From positions 64,001-128,000 of the forward strand of contig JBMOPW010000010.1 of assembly GCA_049322915.1 (NCBI GenBank): a stretch of DNA of 64,000 bases, given 5' to 3'. Source of the stretch: Candidatus Zhuqueibacterota bacterium (GTDB lineage: Bacteria; Zhuqueibacterota; Zhuqueibacteria; Thermofontimicrobiales; Thermofontimicrobiaceae). The notes under the pieces are model-generated. The model had not been told where the DNA came from, searched no databases, and was given only the letters and a program-made list of their open reading frames with translations. Below, one piece after another: positions 37,545 through 48,351 of the stretch (within the stretch, counting starts at the first letter, position 1; each line of letters starts with the position of its first letter). The position numbers were made by a program, and so were the translations under genes.

Positions 37545-38053
37545 GAGGTCCAAATCCCTTTCCTGCCGGTCGCATGTCAATGGATTTCATCGTACCCCGG
37601 GAATTTCTACGCATTGAATCGCCGGGTGCAGCTACTGCAAGCCTTTGCTCCGGGAACATCCATCGATCCGGTTCGAACTTCGCACCGGCGCGTGGCAGAG
37701 AATAAAGCTGATTCCTTTGCGGAGTTCGATTGCATTCATAGTTTTGCTTTTTCTCTTCGCGCCGGGGTAATGCCCGGACATAAAAAATAATCCGAACGTA
37801 TGCAAGACCCGGCCATAGCGCTCCGCTGATAAATGTGACATGAACTCCATGCCTGACAACGGCCATCGCACTTCCCCGAGTGTTACCACCCTGAAACAGA
37901 TTCATATAAAAAAACAGTGGTCATTTCACATGCCATGCGCGTATGATTGAAAAGAATGATGGGCGGCAGCGCATGAAATTATCACCGGGACAATAGCGAA
38001 GACAGCGCGCAGCGTGCGCTGTAACCGAATCTTGCCCAGTCAGGAATCGAAGG

Positions 38054-38896
38054 ATGTTATTAGGAGCACATGTATCCGTGAGCGGCGGCGTCGAGAATGC
38101 CCCGCAGCGCGCTGAAATTCTCGGCTGCACTGCCATGCAGATTTTTACTCGCAACCAGAGGCAGTGGGAATCGAAGCCATTGCTGCCGGAGCACATCGAC
38201 CGTTTCATGGCCAATCTGGCCGTGACCTCTGTCCGTTCTGTCATCGCTCATAATTCGTATTTGATTAACCTGGGAACTTCAGACCCTGCCGTGCGTGAAA
38301 AATCCCTCAATGCGTTTTTGGATGAAATACAACGCGCCGAAAAATTAAGAATCCCCTGCCTGGTCTTTCATCCGGGATCCCATCTCGGAATTGGCGAGGA
38401 AAAAGGTTTGGCGTTGATTGCCGATCATGTGAACGAGCTATTGGAAAAAACAGCGCACTTCGGGATTAAACTGTTGCTGGAAACGACTGCCGGACAGGGC
38501 ACTGGCCTCGGACATACCTTTGCTCAATTGCAGTCCATTTTATCGCGGGTGCGAACAGCAGACCGATTGGGTGTGTGTGTTGACACCTGCCACGTTTTCG
38601 CTGCCGGGTACGACCTCCGAACGCGGGAGGCATACACAGCGACGATGTCGCAATTCGACGGAGAGATTGGCCTGGATCGGATTCAGGCGATTCATCTCAA
38701 TGATTCCAAAAAGCCGCTTGGTTCGCGCGTTGATCGCCATGAAAACATCGGCCAGGGTTTCATCGGTCCCGAGGCGTTCCGCTTTATCATGAATGACGCC
38801 CGGTTGCTGCATGTCCCCAAAATTCTGGAAACGCCCGGAGGCGATGCGTATTTTCTGAAAAATTTGAATCTGCTCAGAAGTCTTGTTGAGAAGTAA
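38054..38896 (+). CDS. nfo: deoxyribonuclease IV (AP endonuclease)
   Basis: GAHVS, QIFTRN, H.SYLINL, FHPGSH, ETTAGQG, DTCH, HLNDSK..DRHENIG, ILETP. Confidence 0.95.
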   Translation: MLLGAHVSVSGGVENAPQRAEILGCTAMQIFTRNQRQWESKPLLPEHIDRFMANLAVTSVRSVIAHNSYLINLGTSDPAVREKSLNAFLDEIQRAEKLRIPCLVFHPGSHLGIGEEKGLALIADHVNELLEKTAHFGIKLLLETTAGQGTGLGHTFAQLQSILSRVRTADRLGVCVDTCHVFAAGYDLRTREAYTATMSQFDGEIGLDRIQAIHLNDSKKPLGSRVDRHENIGQGFIGPEAFRFIMNDARLLHVPKILETPGGDAYFLKNLNLLRSLVEK

Positions 38897-38980
38897 CCAG
38901 TTCAGTTCAGTCGTATTGATAAAAAGTTGAATTCCGATTTTTCAAACGAGAAGAAAAATCATTTTAAGACAGGAGAAATC

Positions 38981-40381
38981 ATGGGAGTCGCGAAATTTGA
39001 CCTGGCGGTCATTGGTTCCGGTCCGGGGGGATATGTCGCGGCAGTACGAGCGGCGCAATTGGGCAAAAACGTGGCGGTTGTCGAGCGGGATGAACTGGGA
39101 GGCGTCTGCCTCAACTGGGGCTGCATTCCCACCAAGGCGTTATTGAAGAGCGCCGAGGTCTATTCGAATTTGCTCAAGGCGAAAGAATTTGGCCTGTCCG
39201 CAGAAAATATCGCTGTTGATTTTCCGGGGATTATCAAGCGAAGCAGGCAGATCGCAGATCGTATGGCCAAGGGCGTCCAGTTTTTATTCAAAAAAAACAA
39301 CGTCACGCTGTTTCAGGGGAGCGGTCGGCTGAGCGATGCCGGCGCGGTTGCTGTTTTCAATAGCAGCGGAGAAAAGATCGGGGAGATCAGCGCCCGGGAC
39401 ATCGTCATTGCCACCGGGGCGCGGCCGCGGTCCATTCCCGGCGTAGCCATTGATCGGAAAAAGATAATCACGAGCCGCGAAGCCATGTCGCTGGAAAAAA
39501 TTCCGGAGTCGATGATTGTCATCGGCGCCGGGGCCATTGGCGTGGAGTTCGCCCACTTCTACCACACGTTTGGGTGCAAGGTCACTCTCGTGGAAATGCT
39601 GCCCACGGTGCTCCCCATTGAAGATAACGAAATTACGGATGTGTTGAACCGCGCATTCCGACGCGCGAAGATTGCAGTTCACACCGGCAGTCTTGTAAAA
39701 AAAGTGACGGTGACGGAGAATTCCGTGAAAATTGGTATTGAAAAGGACGGCAGCGCGACAGAACTGGAGGCGGAGTTGGCATTGATGGCCATCGGCGTGC
39801 AGGGGAATTATGAGAATCTCGGCCTCGAAGAATTGGGGGTCGCCATCGAAAAGAGCTTCATCAAAGTGGACGAACAGTATCAGACCAGCGTGAACCACAT
39901 TTACGCGATTGGGGACATCATCGGACCGCCGTTGCTGGCGCACGTGGCGTCCGCCGAGGCCGTAAATCTCGCGGAGCGCCTGGCTGGAATCCTGGTAGCT
40001 CCGATAAATTACAGCGCCATTCCCGGCTGCACCTATTGCAATCCACAGATTGCCAGCATCGGCTTGACCGAAGAAAAAGCGCGTCAGAAAGGGTACGAGC
40101 TGAAAATTGGGCGATTCCCTTTCATTGCCAATGGAAAATCGCTGGCATTGGGCGAGCGCGACGGAATGGTCAAGCTCATCTTCGACGCGAAATCCGATGT
40201 GTTGCTCGGCGCCCATCTAGTTCACGCTGAAGCGACAGAACTCATCGGCGAGTTGGCCCTCGCCATGTCCAATAACCTGAAAGCGCATGACGTGATCAAA
40301 ACGGTTCACGCGCATCCAACGCTTTCGGAGGCGGTGATGGAAGCGGCTGCATCGGCCTATGGCGAGGCCGTGCATGGGTGA
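38981..40381 (+). CDS. lpdA: dihydrolipoyl dehydrogenase
   Basis: GSGPGGY, GGVCLNWGCIPTKALL, GAGAIGVE, LAHVAS, HAHPTLSE. Confidence 0.96.
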   Translation: MGVAKFDLAVIGSGPGGYVAAVRAAQLGKNVAVVERDELGGVCLNWGCIPTKALLKSAEVYSNLLKAKEFGLSAENIAVDFPGIIKRSRQIADRMAKGVQFLFKKNNVTLFQGSGRLSDAGAVAVFNSSGEKIGEISARDIVIATGARPRSIPGVAIDRKKIITSREAMSLEKIPESMIVIGAGAIGVEFAHFYHTFGCKVTLVEMLPTVLPIEDNEITDVLNRAFRRAKIAVHTGSLVKKVTVTENSVKIGIEKDGSATELEAELALMAIGVQGNYENLGLEELGVAIEKSFIKVDEQYQTSVNHIYAIGDIIGPPLLAHVASAEAVNLAERLAGILVAPINYSAIPGCTYCNPQIASIGLTEEKARQKGYELKIGRFPFIANGKSLALGERDGMVKLIFDAKSDVLLGAHLVHAEATELIGELALAMSNNLKAHDVIKTVHAHPTLSEAVMEAAASAYGEAVHG

Positions 40382-40628
40382 GATGCCGGACAATCGCGCC
40401 GATCTGCGGCAGTTTGCATGATGCGCATGATTGAGTTTTTTCGACAGACCGGGCTTGCCCGTTCTCTGAGCAGAGTCAGGCAGCGAATGGCATGAGCACG
40501 GCCCATTCCATTTTTAACCGAGAGACGAACTCCGGAAAAACTCAGGGGCAACTGTCAGTCACGGACGGAATTGATTTAGCATTGAAGAATGGTGATGTAC
40601 ACTGCAGTCATGGGAGCGAAATGAAGCT

Positions 40629-41495
40629 ATGAAAATTCGGCACGAACGACACCCGCGCTGGCTGAAAGTGCCTTTGCCAGCCGGGGAGAATTTCAACGAG
40701 GTGAGAAAGCTGGTCAAAGACCATAATCTTCACACCGTCTGCCAGAGCGCCCATTGTCCCAATATTGGCGAGTGCTGGGGACACCGCACGTCGACGTTCA
40801 TGATTTTGGGGGATATCTGCACGCGAAACTGTCGCTATTGCGCAGTGATTCATGGCAGCCCTTCTCCGCTCGATTCGGACGAGCCCCGGCGCGTGGCCGA
40901 TGCGGTGAAAATTTTGTCCCTGCGTTACGCCGTCATCACCTCGGTGACGCGGGACGATGTTCCGGATGGCGGCGCTTCAATTTTCGCGGACACCATTCGG
41001 GAAATCCGCGGGCAGATGCCCGGATGCCGGATTGAAGTGCTGATCCCGGATTTCGCCGGTTCCAATGACTCGCTGAACACCGTGCTCGAAGCCGGGCCGG
41101 ATGTGCTGAATCACAACCTGGAGACAGTGCCGCGGCTGTACCCCAACGTCAGGCCTCAGGCGAATTACCATCGCTCGCTCAAGGTTCTGGAACAGGCGAA
41201 GCAGGCCGGTTTCATTACCAAGTCAGGACTGATGCTCGGCCTGGGCGAAACCAATGCGGATGTGATTGACGTGATGCGGGACCTGCGCGCTGTCGATGGC
41301 GACATTTTAACGCTGGGACAATACCTGCAACCATCGGCTGAGCATGCGCCGATCGATCGCTACGTGACCCCGGCCGATTTTGACATGCTCAGGCAGGAGG
41401 GCGAAGCAATGGGGTTTCAGCATGTGGAGTCCGGGCCGCTCGTGCGCAGTTCCTACCATGCTGCTGTATGCTACAATGAAATCGCCTCGCGCTGA
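40629..41495 (+). CDS. lipA: lipoyl synthase
   Basis: TVCQSAHCPNIGECW, CTRNCRYC, TSVTRDD, HNLETV, GQYLQP, PLVRSSYHA. Confidence 0.97.
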   Translation: MKIRHERHPRWLKVPLPAGENFNEVRKLVKDHNLHTVCQSAHCPNIGECWGHRTSTFMILGDICTRNCRYCAVIHGSPSPLDSDEPRRVADAVKILSLRYAVITSVTRDDVPDGGASIFADTIREIRGQMPGCRIEVLIPDFAGSNDSLNTVLEAGPDVLNHNLETVPRLYPNVRPQANYHRSLKVLEQAKQAGFITKSGLMLGLGETNADVIDVMRDLRAVDGDILTLGQYLQPSAEHAPIDRYVTPADFDMLRQEGEAMGFQHVESGPLVRSSYHAAVCYNEIASR

Positions 41496-41560
41496 AAAAG
41501 TGAATGCCTTTAACCCTGTTAATTCTTTTACGGTTAACTCGAAGCACTCAGATTTTTGAC

Positions 41561-41589
41561 TTGATTATTAATTCTTTTATTGGTATAAT
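41561..41589 (+). promoter_or_regulatory. sigma-70 promoter with extended -10 for the ferredoxin gene
   Basis: TTGATT-17 nt-TATAAT with TGn. Confidence 0.6.
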
Positions 41590-41723
41590 GCAACCTGATT
41601 TTTGTCGCTGGCGTTCCGATGCAGCCGCAGGACAGGCGTCCGATCAGATGAACCACTCTCTGCAAATCCAATTCAATTTTCCAACTGTAACTGATGATGA
41701 AATAAACACGATGGAGGTTCACT

Positions 41724-41951
41724 TTGGCTCATGTAATCACTGATCTCTGCACCCAATGCGGGAATTGTTCTGAAGTCTGCCCGGTGGAATGCATTAAAAA
41801 AGGCGATGAACAATATTACATCAATCCCGAGGAATGCATCGATTGCGCTGCCTGCGTGGAGGAGTGTCCCGAGGGAGCAATATTCGCGGAAGAAGATTTG
41901 CCCAATGACAAGAAATCGTTTCCCGAAATAAATGCGAGTTTTTTTGGATAG
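41724..41951 (+). CDS. 2x[4Fe-4S] ferredoxin
   Basis: TTG start after GGAGG; CTQCGNCSEVCP and CIDCAACVEECP. Confidence 0.92.
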   Translation: MAHVITDLCTQCGNCSEVCPVECIKKGDEQYYINPEECIDCAACVEECPEGAIFAEEDLPNDKKSFPEINASFFG

Positions 41952-42091
41952 ACGCCGATGGACCATGCCTGCCACTTTTCAGACCGGCCCATCGCTCCAA
42001 TCTGTTTTTCGTGACTATTCAGCCACCAAGTCTCCAAGATACAAAGAATTAATTATATCAAAAAATATTGATTCTGAAAAGCTGAATTGTG

Positions 42092-42129
42092 TTTTAGAAA
42101 TGAAATTGAATTTTAGAAATGAAATTTAA
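42092..42129 (+). repeat. AT-rich 19-bp tandem repeat (2 copies, with a degenerate third following)
   Basis: TTTTAGAAATGAAATTGAA / TTTTAGAAATGAAATTTAA. Confidence 0.55.
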
Positions 42130-42146
42130 TTTCAAAAAATGAGAAT

Positions 42147-42336
42147 GAGTCGGCGCTGAAAAGGGGCTAAAGCCCAAAAATCAAAGGTAAAATTCTGTTC
42201 CCCCGACTTAAAAGTCGGGGCTATTCAAGGTGTCTGACTTTTAATTTTTTCGAATGAATTGCCACGTCATTAATGACGTGGAAACGATATCATCCCCAAC
42301 GTATCAAAGCCTTTCAAGGCTTTTCAGAGTCGACCC
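42147..42336. mobile_element. MITE/REPIN-like element with four hairpins
   Basis: Imperfect TIRs GAGTCGGCGCTGAAAAG / CTTTTCAGAGTCGACCC; internal GGGCTAAAGCCC, CCCCGACTTAAAAGTCGGGG, CCACGTCATTAATGACGTGG, AAGCCTTTCAAGGCTT. Confidence 0.7.
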
Positions 42337-42587
42337 TGGAATGAAAATGAAAGTGACATCTTTTTGACCTGGTGAATTTTAGGCAGGAATACATGCCTGA
42401 ACAGTCACTGTTTTTCAAATACATCTGAAAATTATTAAGGGATCTGCATTCTGACAGATCACGATTTTTCCTTCGTACTGAATGATATTTCCAGCACCAG
42501 TTACATCCGCCCCATTGAAAATATTCTGGTTAGTAGAGACATTAAACCAGTTGAATCCCAGGATTCTCAATCAAGGAGAGATACTTG

Positions 42588-45032
42588 ATGGCATCGCGAA
42601 TTAAAGAATTGTCTCCCGAGCAAATCAGCTACTTCTGCAATCCATCCCAATTCAAATTTGAATCCACTGCCGAACTGAAACCACTGGATGAAGTCATCGG
42701 TCAGGACCGCGCCGTTGCGGCCATTGATTTTGGCGTGGAAATAAAGCATTATGGGTACAATATTTTCGCGCTTGGCCCGGTCGGCGCCGGCAAAACTTCC
42801 ACGATACGCGACGCCGTGGCCAAACGCGCGCTGGAAATGCCGGCGCCGGATGACTGGTGTTACGTGTACAATTTTCAGAATCCGGATGAGCCGAATGCAT
42901 TGGCGCTGCATCCCGGCATGGGCAAACTGTTCAGAAAATCGATGCAGGCGTTGACGGCGGAGCTGCGCCGGGAAATTCCGGCAAAATTGACGTCCAAAGA
43001 GTACCTCAGCGCCAGAGCCGCCATCATTGAAGAAATCAGGCAGAAGCAGAATCAGATATTGGTGGACTTTGATGAGCGGATAAAACAGGATGGCTTTTCG
43101 CTGGTCAAGGCCGAGGCCGGGTTGGCGCTGGCGCCGTTCCGCAACAATCAGGTGTTAACGCCGGAGCAATTTCAGCAACTGACCCCGGAAGAGAAAAAAC
43201 AGATCGAAAAAGCCGGGGCGGAAATACAGCGATTATTGAACGATGAACTGCAGAAGGTGCATAACCTGGATCAGGACGTCAATGTCAAAGTGGATGAGTT
43301 CCAGAAAGCGACCATTAAGGAGCTGGTTCAGATTCCGCTGCAGGCGCGCTTTGTCCAATTCGAACAACTTCCCGAAGTCGAGAATTATTTGCGGGATGTG
43401 GAAAACGACCTGATCGAACATGCCGGCGAATTTTTGCTCGCGCCTGATGCGGAGAGCGGGGATAAAAAAGAGGCCGCGTTGCCGGATCGCAATTCATTCG
43501 ATTTTAACAGATACCTCGTGAACCTCATTGTGGACAACAGCGAAACCATGGGCGCGCCGGTCATTATCGAGACAAATCCCACTTACTCTAACCTCATTGG
43601 ACGGATAGAACGCATTTCTCAGATGGGACTCCTGGTCACCAATTTCAAGCTGATCAAAGGCGGAGCGCTTCATAAAGCCAACCATGGATTTCTCATCATT
43701 GACGCCAGCCAACTGTTTCAATCGGATCTGGCCTGGCAGGCGCTGAAGCGGGCGTTGAAAAATAAAGTCATCACGATCACCGAACCGACCGACGAGAATT
43801 CCTTCATGGCCGTGAAAACCATTGAGCCAGAGCCCATTCCGCTGGATGTAAAAATTGTGCTGATTGGAAATACCCGCACCTATTACCTGCTGCTGAACAC
43901 CGACGAAGAGTTCAGAAAGCTGTTCAAGGTGAAAGCGGATTTCAATACGGACATGCCGCGTACCCGAAAGAATATTCTCAACTATGCCCGTTTCATTCGG
44001 AACCAGTGCGAGATCGAGTCGCTGCGCCATCTGGACGCCGCGGCTGTCAGCGCGGTGGTGGAATATGGCGTTTCGCTGACAGGGGATCAATTGAAACTAT
44101 CCACGCATTTTGCAGACATCTGTGACCTGCTGATCGAGTCCAACTATTGGGCCGGTAAAAATCATCGCGACATGATTACACGGGAGGATGTCAAGCATGC
44201 CATCGATGCGAAAAATTATCGGCTGAATAAATACGAAATCCAGCTTCGGGATATCATCGAAGACAAGACCATCAGCATCCGTACGCGGGGCAAAATCGTC
44301 GGCGAGGTGAATGGTCTGGCCGTGATAAATGTCAGCGACCACTTTTTTGGTCGGCCCACGCGGATATCGGTGCGCACATATCTGGGACGCAACGGTGTCA
44401 CCGCCATCGACCGCGAAGCCAAAATGAGCGGGCCGATTCACAACAAAGGCGTGCTGATCATTTCCGGCTATTTGAACGGGATGTTCGGGTCGAAAATCCA
44501 GCTCGCGTTGTCGGCGAGCATCACCTTTGAGCAGAATTATGAAGCGATCGATGGGGATAGCGCTTCTTCCACAGAATTGTACGCGCTGCTTTCCAGCCTT
44601 GCCGATTTCCCCATTAACCAGGGAATTGCCGTCACTGGCTCGGTCAATCAAATGGGTGAGGTGCAGGCGATTGGCGGCGTTTCCAAAAAAATCGATGGAT
44701 TTTTTGAGATCTGTGCGAGCCAGGGATTGACCGGCCAGCAGGGCGTGATCATCCCTCAGACCAATATGAAGAACCTGGTCTGCAGCGATCGGGTGATCGA
44801 AGCGGTGCGGGCCGGACAATTTCACATCTATCCGGTCGCGACGGTGGAAGAAGGGATTGAAATTCTCACCGGCGTCAGGGCCGGGCATCGCCAGAAAAAT
44901 GGCGAATTCCCCAAAGGCACTGTCTTCCGTGCGGTGGAAGATCGGTTGCGCGAGATGGCGGAGCAGATCAAAAACAACGAGCATTCGTCCCGAAAGAAAA
45001 AGCGCCCGCCGAAGAAAGACGTCAGAAAATGA
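42588..45032 (+). CDS. Lon-like S16 protease (LonC/YcbZ-type, AAA_32 domain)
   Basis: IGQDRA, GPVGAGKT, DWCYVYNF, GALHKAN.G, DGDSASS (catalytic Ser), GGVSKKIDGF (Lys). Confidence 0.9.
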   Translation: MASRIKELSPEQISYFCNPSQFKFESTAELKPLDEVIGQDRAVAAIDFGVEIKHYGYNIFALGPVGAGKTSTIRDAVAKRALEMPAPDDWCYVYNFQNPDEPNALALHPGMGKLFRKSMQALTAELRREIPAKLTSKEYLSARAAIIEEIRQKQNQILVDFDERIKQDGFSLVKAEAGLALAPFRNNQVLTPEQFQQLTPEEKKQIEKAGAEIQRLLNDELQKVHNLDQDVNVKVDEFQKATIKELVQIPLQARFVQFEQLPEVENYLRDVENDLIEHAGEFLLAPDAESGDKKEAALPDRNSFDFNRYLVNLIVDNSETMGAPVIIETNPTYSNLIGRIERISQMGLLVTNFKLIKGGALHKANHGFLIIDASQLFQSDLAWQALKRALKNKVITITEPTDENSFMAVKTIEPEPIPLDVKIVLIGNTRTYYLLLNTDEEFRKLFKVKADFNTDMPRTRKNILNYARFIRNQCEIESLRHLDAAAVSAVVEYGVSLTGDQLKLSTHFADICDLLIESNYWAGKNHRDMITREDVKHAIDAKNYRLNKYEIQLRDIIEDKTISIRTRGKIVGEVNGLAVINVSDHFFGRPTRISVRTYLGRNGVTAIDREAKMSGPIHNKGVLIISGYLNGMFGSKIQLALSASITFEQNYEAIDGDSASSTELYALLSSLADFPINQGIAVTGSVNQMGEVQAIGGVSKKIDGFFEICASQGLTGQQGVIIPQTNMKNLVCSDRVIEAVRAGQFHIYPVATVEEGIEILTGVRAGHRQKNGEFPKGTVFRAVEDRLREMAEQIKNNEHSSRKKKRPPKKDVRK

Positions 45033-45218
45033 CCGTCGCGATGCCCTCCGGCTGAGCGACTCTGCGAAAATCGCTGCTGCTGATTTGCCCCGAGGTAGCC
45101 AGGCCAAACGCGGCAGAGACTCAGTCCGAATGAGAGTTGCCTCGGATGCGATCAAAATTCCGCCCGGCGTTGTGAGTGAAGATTGAATTGGAAGTGAGAA
45201 AAGAAACGGAGACCCATC

Positions 45219-46310
45219 ATGGGCTTCACATGTGGATTGGTTGGATTGCCCAATGTCGGCAAATCGACCCTTTTTAACGCGCTGACATCCCAAAGCGTGC
45301 CGGCTTCAAATTACCCGTTCTGTACCATCGATCCCAATGTGGGCGTTGTGCCGCTGCGCGATGAGCGCCTCGAAAAGATCGCTGCCATCGTCGGTTCCGC
45401 AAAGGCGACGCCGACCAGTCTGGAATTCATCGATATTGCCGGGCTGGTGAAAGGCGCGAGCACGGGCGAGGGGCTGGGCAACCAGTTCCTCAACCATATT
45501 CAGGCGGTGGACGCCATCGCCCATGTGGTCCGCTGTTTCGAGGACGAAAATGTCGCGCACATTTCAGCGAAGCTGGACCCTGTGAATGACGTGGATATCA
45601 TTCTGACCGAGCTGACGCTGCACGATCTGGAAGTTGTCGGGCGCAATCTGGAAAAATTAAGGGCGGCGGCCAGGACTGGCGACCCGAAAGTGAAGCAACG
45701 CCTTGCTGAACTGAGCGACATTCACGAGGCTCTTGCCCGGGGGAATCCGTTAAAAAAGATGACGCTGTCCGAAATCGGAATGGAATTGGTGCGCGAAATC
45801 AACCTGCTCACCATCAAGCCGGCGATATACATCGCCAATGTCGATGAAAAGCATTACAAAGACAGTCCGCACGTGGCGCAATTGATTCAATACGCAAGTC
45901 AGTGGAACGAGCCATGCGTGATTATCAGCGGCAAGCTGCAGGAAGAGATCGCGCAACTGGATGCGGACAGTCAGGTCGAATTTTTGCAGGAATGGGGACT
46001 GGACGAGCTGAGCCTGAATAAAATCGTGCGCGCCGGCTACCAGGTTTTGAACCTGATCACCTTCTTCACAGCCAACCAGAACGAAGCGCACGCCTGGACT
46101 GTCCCTCGCGGCGCCGGCGTGCAAAAGGCGGCTGGAAAAGTTCACTCCGATTTTGAGCAGGGTTTTATTCGGGCGGAGGTGATCAAATTCGCGGATTTGA
46201 TCGAATTCGGCTCGGACGCTAATCTGCGAGAGCATGGCAAAATAGCCATACACGGGAAAGATTATGTGGTTGAAGATGGGGATTTGATTTTTTTCAGATC
46301 AAAGGTGTGA
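45219..46310 (+). CDS. ychF: redox-regulated ATPase YchF
   Basis: GLPNVGKSTLFNALT, NYPFCTIDPN, DIAGLVKGAS.GEGLGNQFL, TGS domain. Confidence 0.97.
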   Translation: MGFTCGLVGLPNVGKSTLFNALTSQSVPASNYPFCTIDPNVGVVPLRDERLEKIAAIVGSAKATPTSLEFIDIAGLVKGASTGEGLGNQFLNHIQAVDAIAHVVRCFEDENVAHISAKLDPVNDVDIILTELTLHDLEVVGRNLEKLRAAARTGDPKVKQRLAELSDIHEALARGNPLKKMTLSEIGMELVREINLLTIKPAIYIANVDEKHYKDSPHVAQLIQYASQWNEPCVIISGKLQEEIAQLDADSQVEFLQEWGLDELSLNKIVRAGYQVLNLITFFTANQNEAHAWTVPRGAGVQKAAGKVHSDFEQGFIRAEVIKFADLIEFGSDANLREHGKIAIHGKDYVVEDGDLIFFRSKV

Positions 46311-46390
46311 TACGCAATCCGTCAGTGTGGCTGTTTTTTGGGCGCCGGCGATGAACTGGCAGTGAAATTTCCACGACCCGCCGCTGTGCA

Positions 46391-47254
46391 TCAATCCTTT
46401 CGGAAATGATGTTCGGCCATCCAGCGTTTCATTTTTTCGACAATGGAGTAGGGCACATCCATTTTACCGATGAGAATTTCCGAAAATCGCTTTCCGTGGC
46501 AATCCGATCCTCCGGTTTCGATCAATCCAAATTTCTTCGCGAATCCGCGATAATGCTGAAGCTGTTCCTGGGAGTGGCGCGGATGAATCGTCTCGATGCC
46601 ATTGAGCCCGACTTTAATCAGTTCCAGCAGGCCGTCGTCGGTGACGTCTGAGCCGGGATGGGCGATGACGCAGACGCCTCCGGCTCTATTGATCAACGCA
46701 ATCGCTTCTGCTGGCGATATTTTGTACTTTGGCACGGCGCAGGGACAGCCGTCGCCGATGTACCGATTGAACGCATCGTAGTAGTTGTAGGCAAAACCCT
46801 CTTCCACCAGCGCGTCGGCGATATGGGGCCGTCCAATGGACCCCGGCCCGGCTTTCTGGCGAATGAAATCGAATGAAAGATGGATGCCAAAATTTTTCAG
46901 GAGGGCGATGATTTTGTGGGCGCGTTTAATTCGCTCTTCCTGGAAGAAATTGACATATTCGATGAGTTGCGGGTGGTTGTAATCGAAAAAATAGCCTAAC
47001 AGGTGGAGATCAAAACTTTTCGAGCGCGCGGAAATTTCGATGCCGGAGATGAATTCAATATTCTTCTCGCGGCAATAGCATTCCGTTTCTTCCAGGCCCC
47101 GAATATCATCGTGGTCAGTGATGCTGATCGCTTTGACAGCGCGCTCCACTGCAATATCGACGATTTCACGGGCCGAAAGCATGCCATCGGACCGATTGGA
47201 ATGGATGTGCAGATCCGCGCGAGACTCTGAAAATAGGGGGTTTTGAGAGTTCAT
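46391..47254 (-). CDS. PHP-domain phosphoesterase (TrpH/YciV-like)
   Basis: DLHIHSNRSDG, ITDHD, GIEIS, HLLGY, GRPHIA, AHP, GGSDCHG. Confidence 0.9.
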   Translation of the reverse strand: MNSQNPLFSESRADLHIHSNRSDGMLSAREIVDIAVERAVKAISITDHDDIRGLEETECYCREKNIEFISGIEISARSKSFDLHLLGYFFDYNHPQLIEYVNFFQEERIKRAHKIIALLKNFGIHLSFDFIRQKAGPGSIGRPHIADALVEEGFAYNYYDAFNRYIGDGCPCAVPKYKISPAEAIALINRAGGVCVIAHPGSDVTDDGLLELIKVGLNGIETIHPRHSQEQLQHYRGFAKKFGLIETGGSDCHGKRFSEILIGKMDVPYSIVEKMKRWMAEHHFRKD

Positions 47255-47289
47255 GCCACGAATTTTTTCTTTAATTATAACATTACGAA

Positions 47290-48351
47290 CTAACGGATTT
47301 GAAGCATTCGGTCCAGCGCTTTCCGGGCGTCACTTTTTACCGTGTTGGGAACTGACACAATATTGACTTTGCCCAGATTATCCAGCGTCCAGCACAAATT
47401 ATTCAGATTGATTTTATACATATTGGCGCACATGGACCGGCTGAGCGGGATAATTTTTTTATTTGAATACGAATTGCTCAGTCGATTTACAAGGTTAATT
47501 TCTGTACCCACGGCGATCACCGAGCCGGCAGGCGCCTGATCGACGTACTGAATGATGTGGCTCGTTGAACCACTGGCGTCGGAAGCGTTCACCACCGATT
47601 CACTGCATTCCGGGTGGACGATCACTTTTCCATCCGGATACTGTTCGCGGAAGTGTTCAATATGCTGCACCTTAAACGCAGTATGAACGAGACAATGTCC
47701 CTTCCAGACAATGATCTTTGCCTGCCTGATTTTCTCCGGATCATTTCCCCCGAACGGCTTCTTCGGATCCCAGACGATCCGCTGGCCCTCTGAAATTCCC
47801 ATCCGATTGGCGGTATTGGCGCCCAGATGCTGATCCGGGAAGAAAAATGCTTTTTCGCCCCGTTCAAACGCCCAGGCCATCGCTCCCCGCGCATTCGACG
47901 AGGTGCAGACGACGCCATCATACTCGCCGCAAAAGGCCTTGAGTTCCGCGCTGGAGTTCACGTAGGTGACCGGAACAATCGATTCGACATCGCAGACGCT
48001 GCTGAGTTCCTGCCAGGCGTGAGTCACCATGGATAAATCAGCGAAATTCGCCAGTGGACACCCGGAGTGAATATCCGGCAGGTGCACAATTTGCGAGTCA
48101 CTGGAAAGTATGTCCGCTGCTTCGGCCATGAAATAAACGCCGCAGAATACGATGAATTCGGCCTGTTTCTGTTCTGCTGCATTGATGCACAGCGCGTAGG
48201 AATCGCCGCGGAAATTGGCCATTTCAATGACATCGTCCCGCTGGTAATGATGCCCCAGAATGACCAGCCTCTTTCCGTATTTCTCTTTCGCAGTCAGGAT
48301 GCGCTTCTTTAACTCCGCATCCGACGCTATTTTATATTCATCAGGAAGCAT
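47290..48351 (-). CDS. nadA: quinolinate synthase
   Basis: LGHHYQ, GDS, FCGVYFMAE, GCPLA, YVNSSA, CTSSNA, GHCLVH, HPEC, GST, MCANM. Confidence 0.95.
   Translation of the reverse strand: MLPDEYKIASDAELKKRILTAKEKYGKRLVILGHHYQRDDVIEMANFRGDSYALCINAAEQKQAEFIVFCGVYFMAEAADILSSDSQIVHLPDIHSGCPLANFADLSMVTHAWQELSSVCDVESIVPVTYVNSSAELKAFCGEYDGVVCTSSNARGAMAWAFERGEKAFFFPDQHLGANTANRMGISEGQRIVWDPKKPFGGNDPEKIRQAKIIVWKGHCLVHTAFKVQHIEHFREQYPDGKVIVHPECSESVVNASDASGSTSHIIQYVDQAPAGSVIAVGTEINLVNRLSNSYSNKKIIPLSRSMCANMYKINLNNLCWTLDNLGKVNIVSVPNTVKSDARKALDRMLQIR

Noticed and set aside
37620..37690. tRNA-like segment (GCCGG...GGTTCGAA...CCGGCG)
   Set aside because: The ends can pair and a T-loop-like motif is present, but the T-stem, D-arm and anticodon arm do not form.
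40382..40632. Possible lipB remnant or 46-aa ORF between lpdA and lipA
   Set aside because: A short ORF overlaps the lipA start, but no LipB motifs are recognisable.
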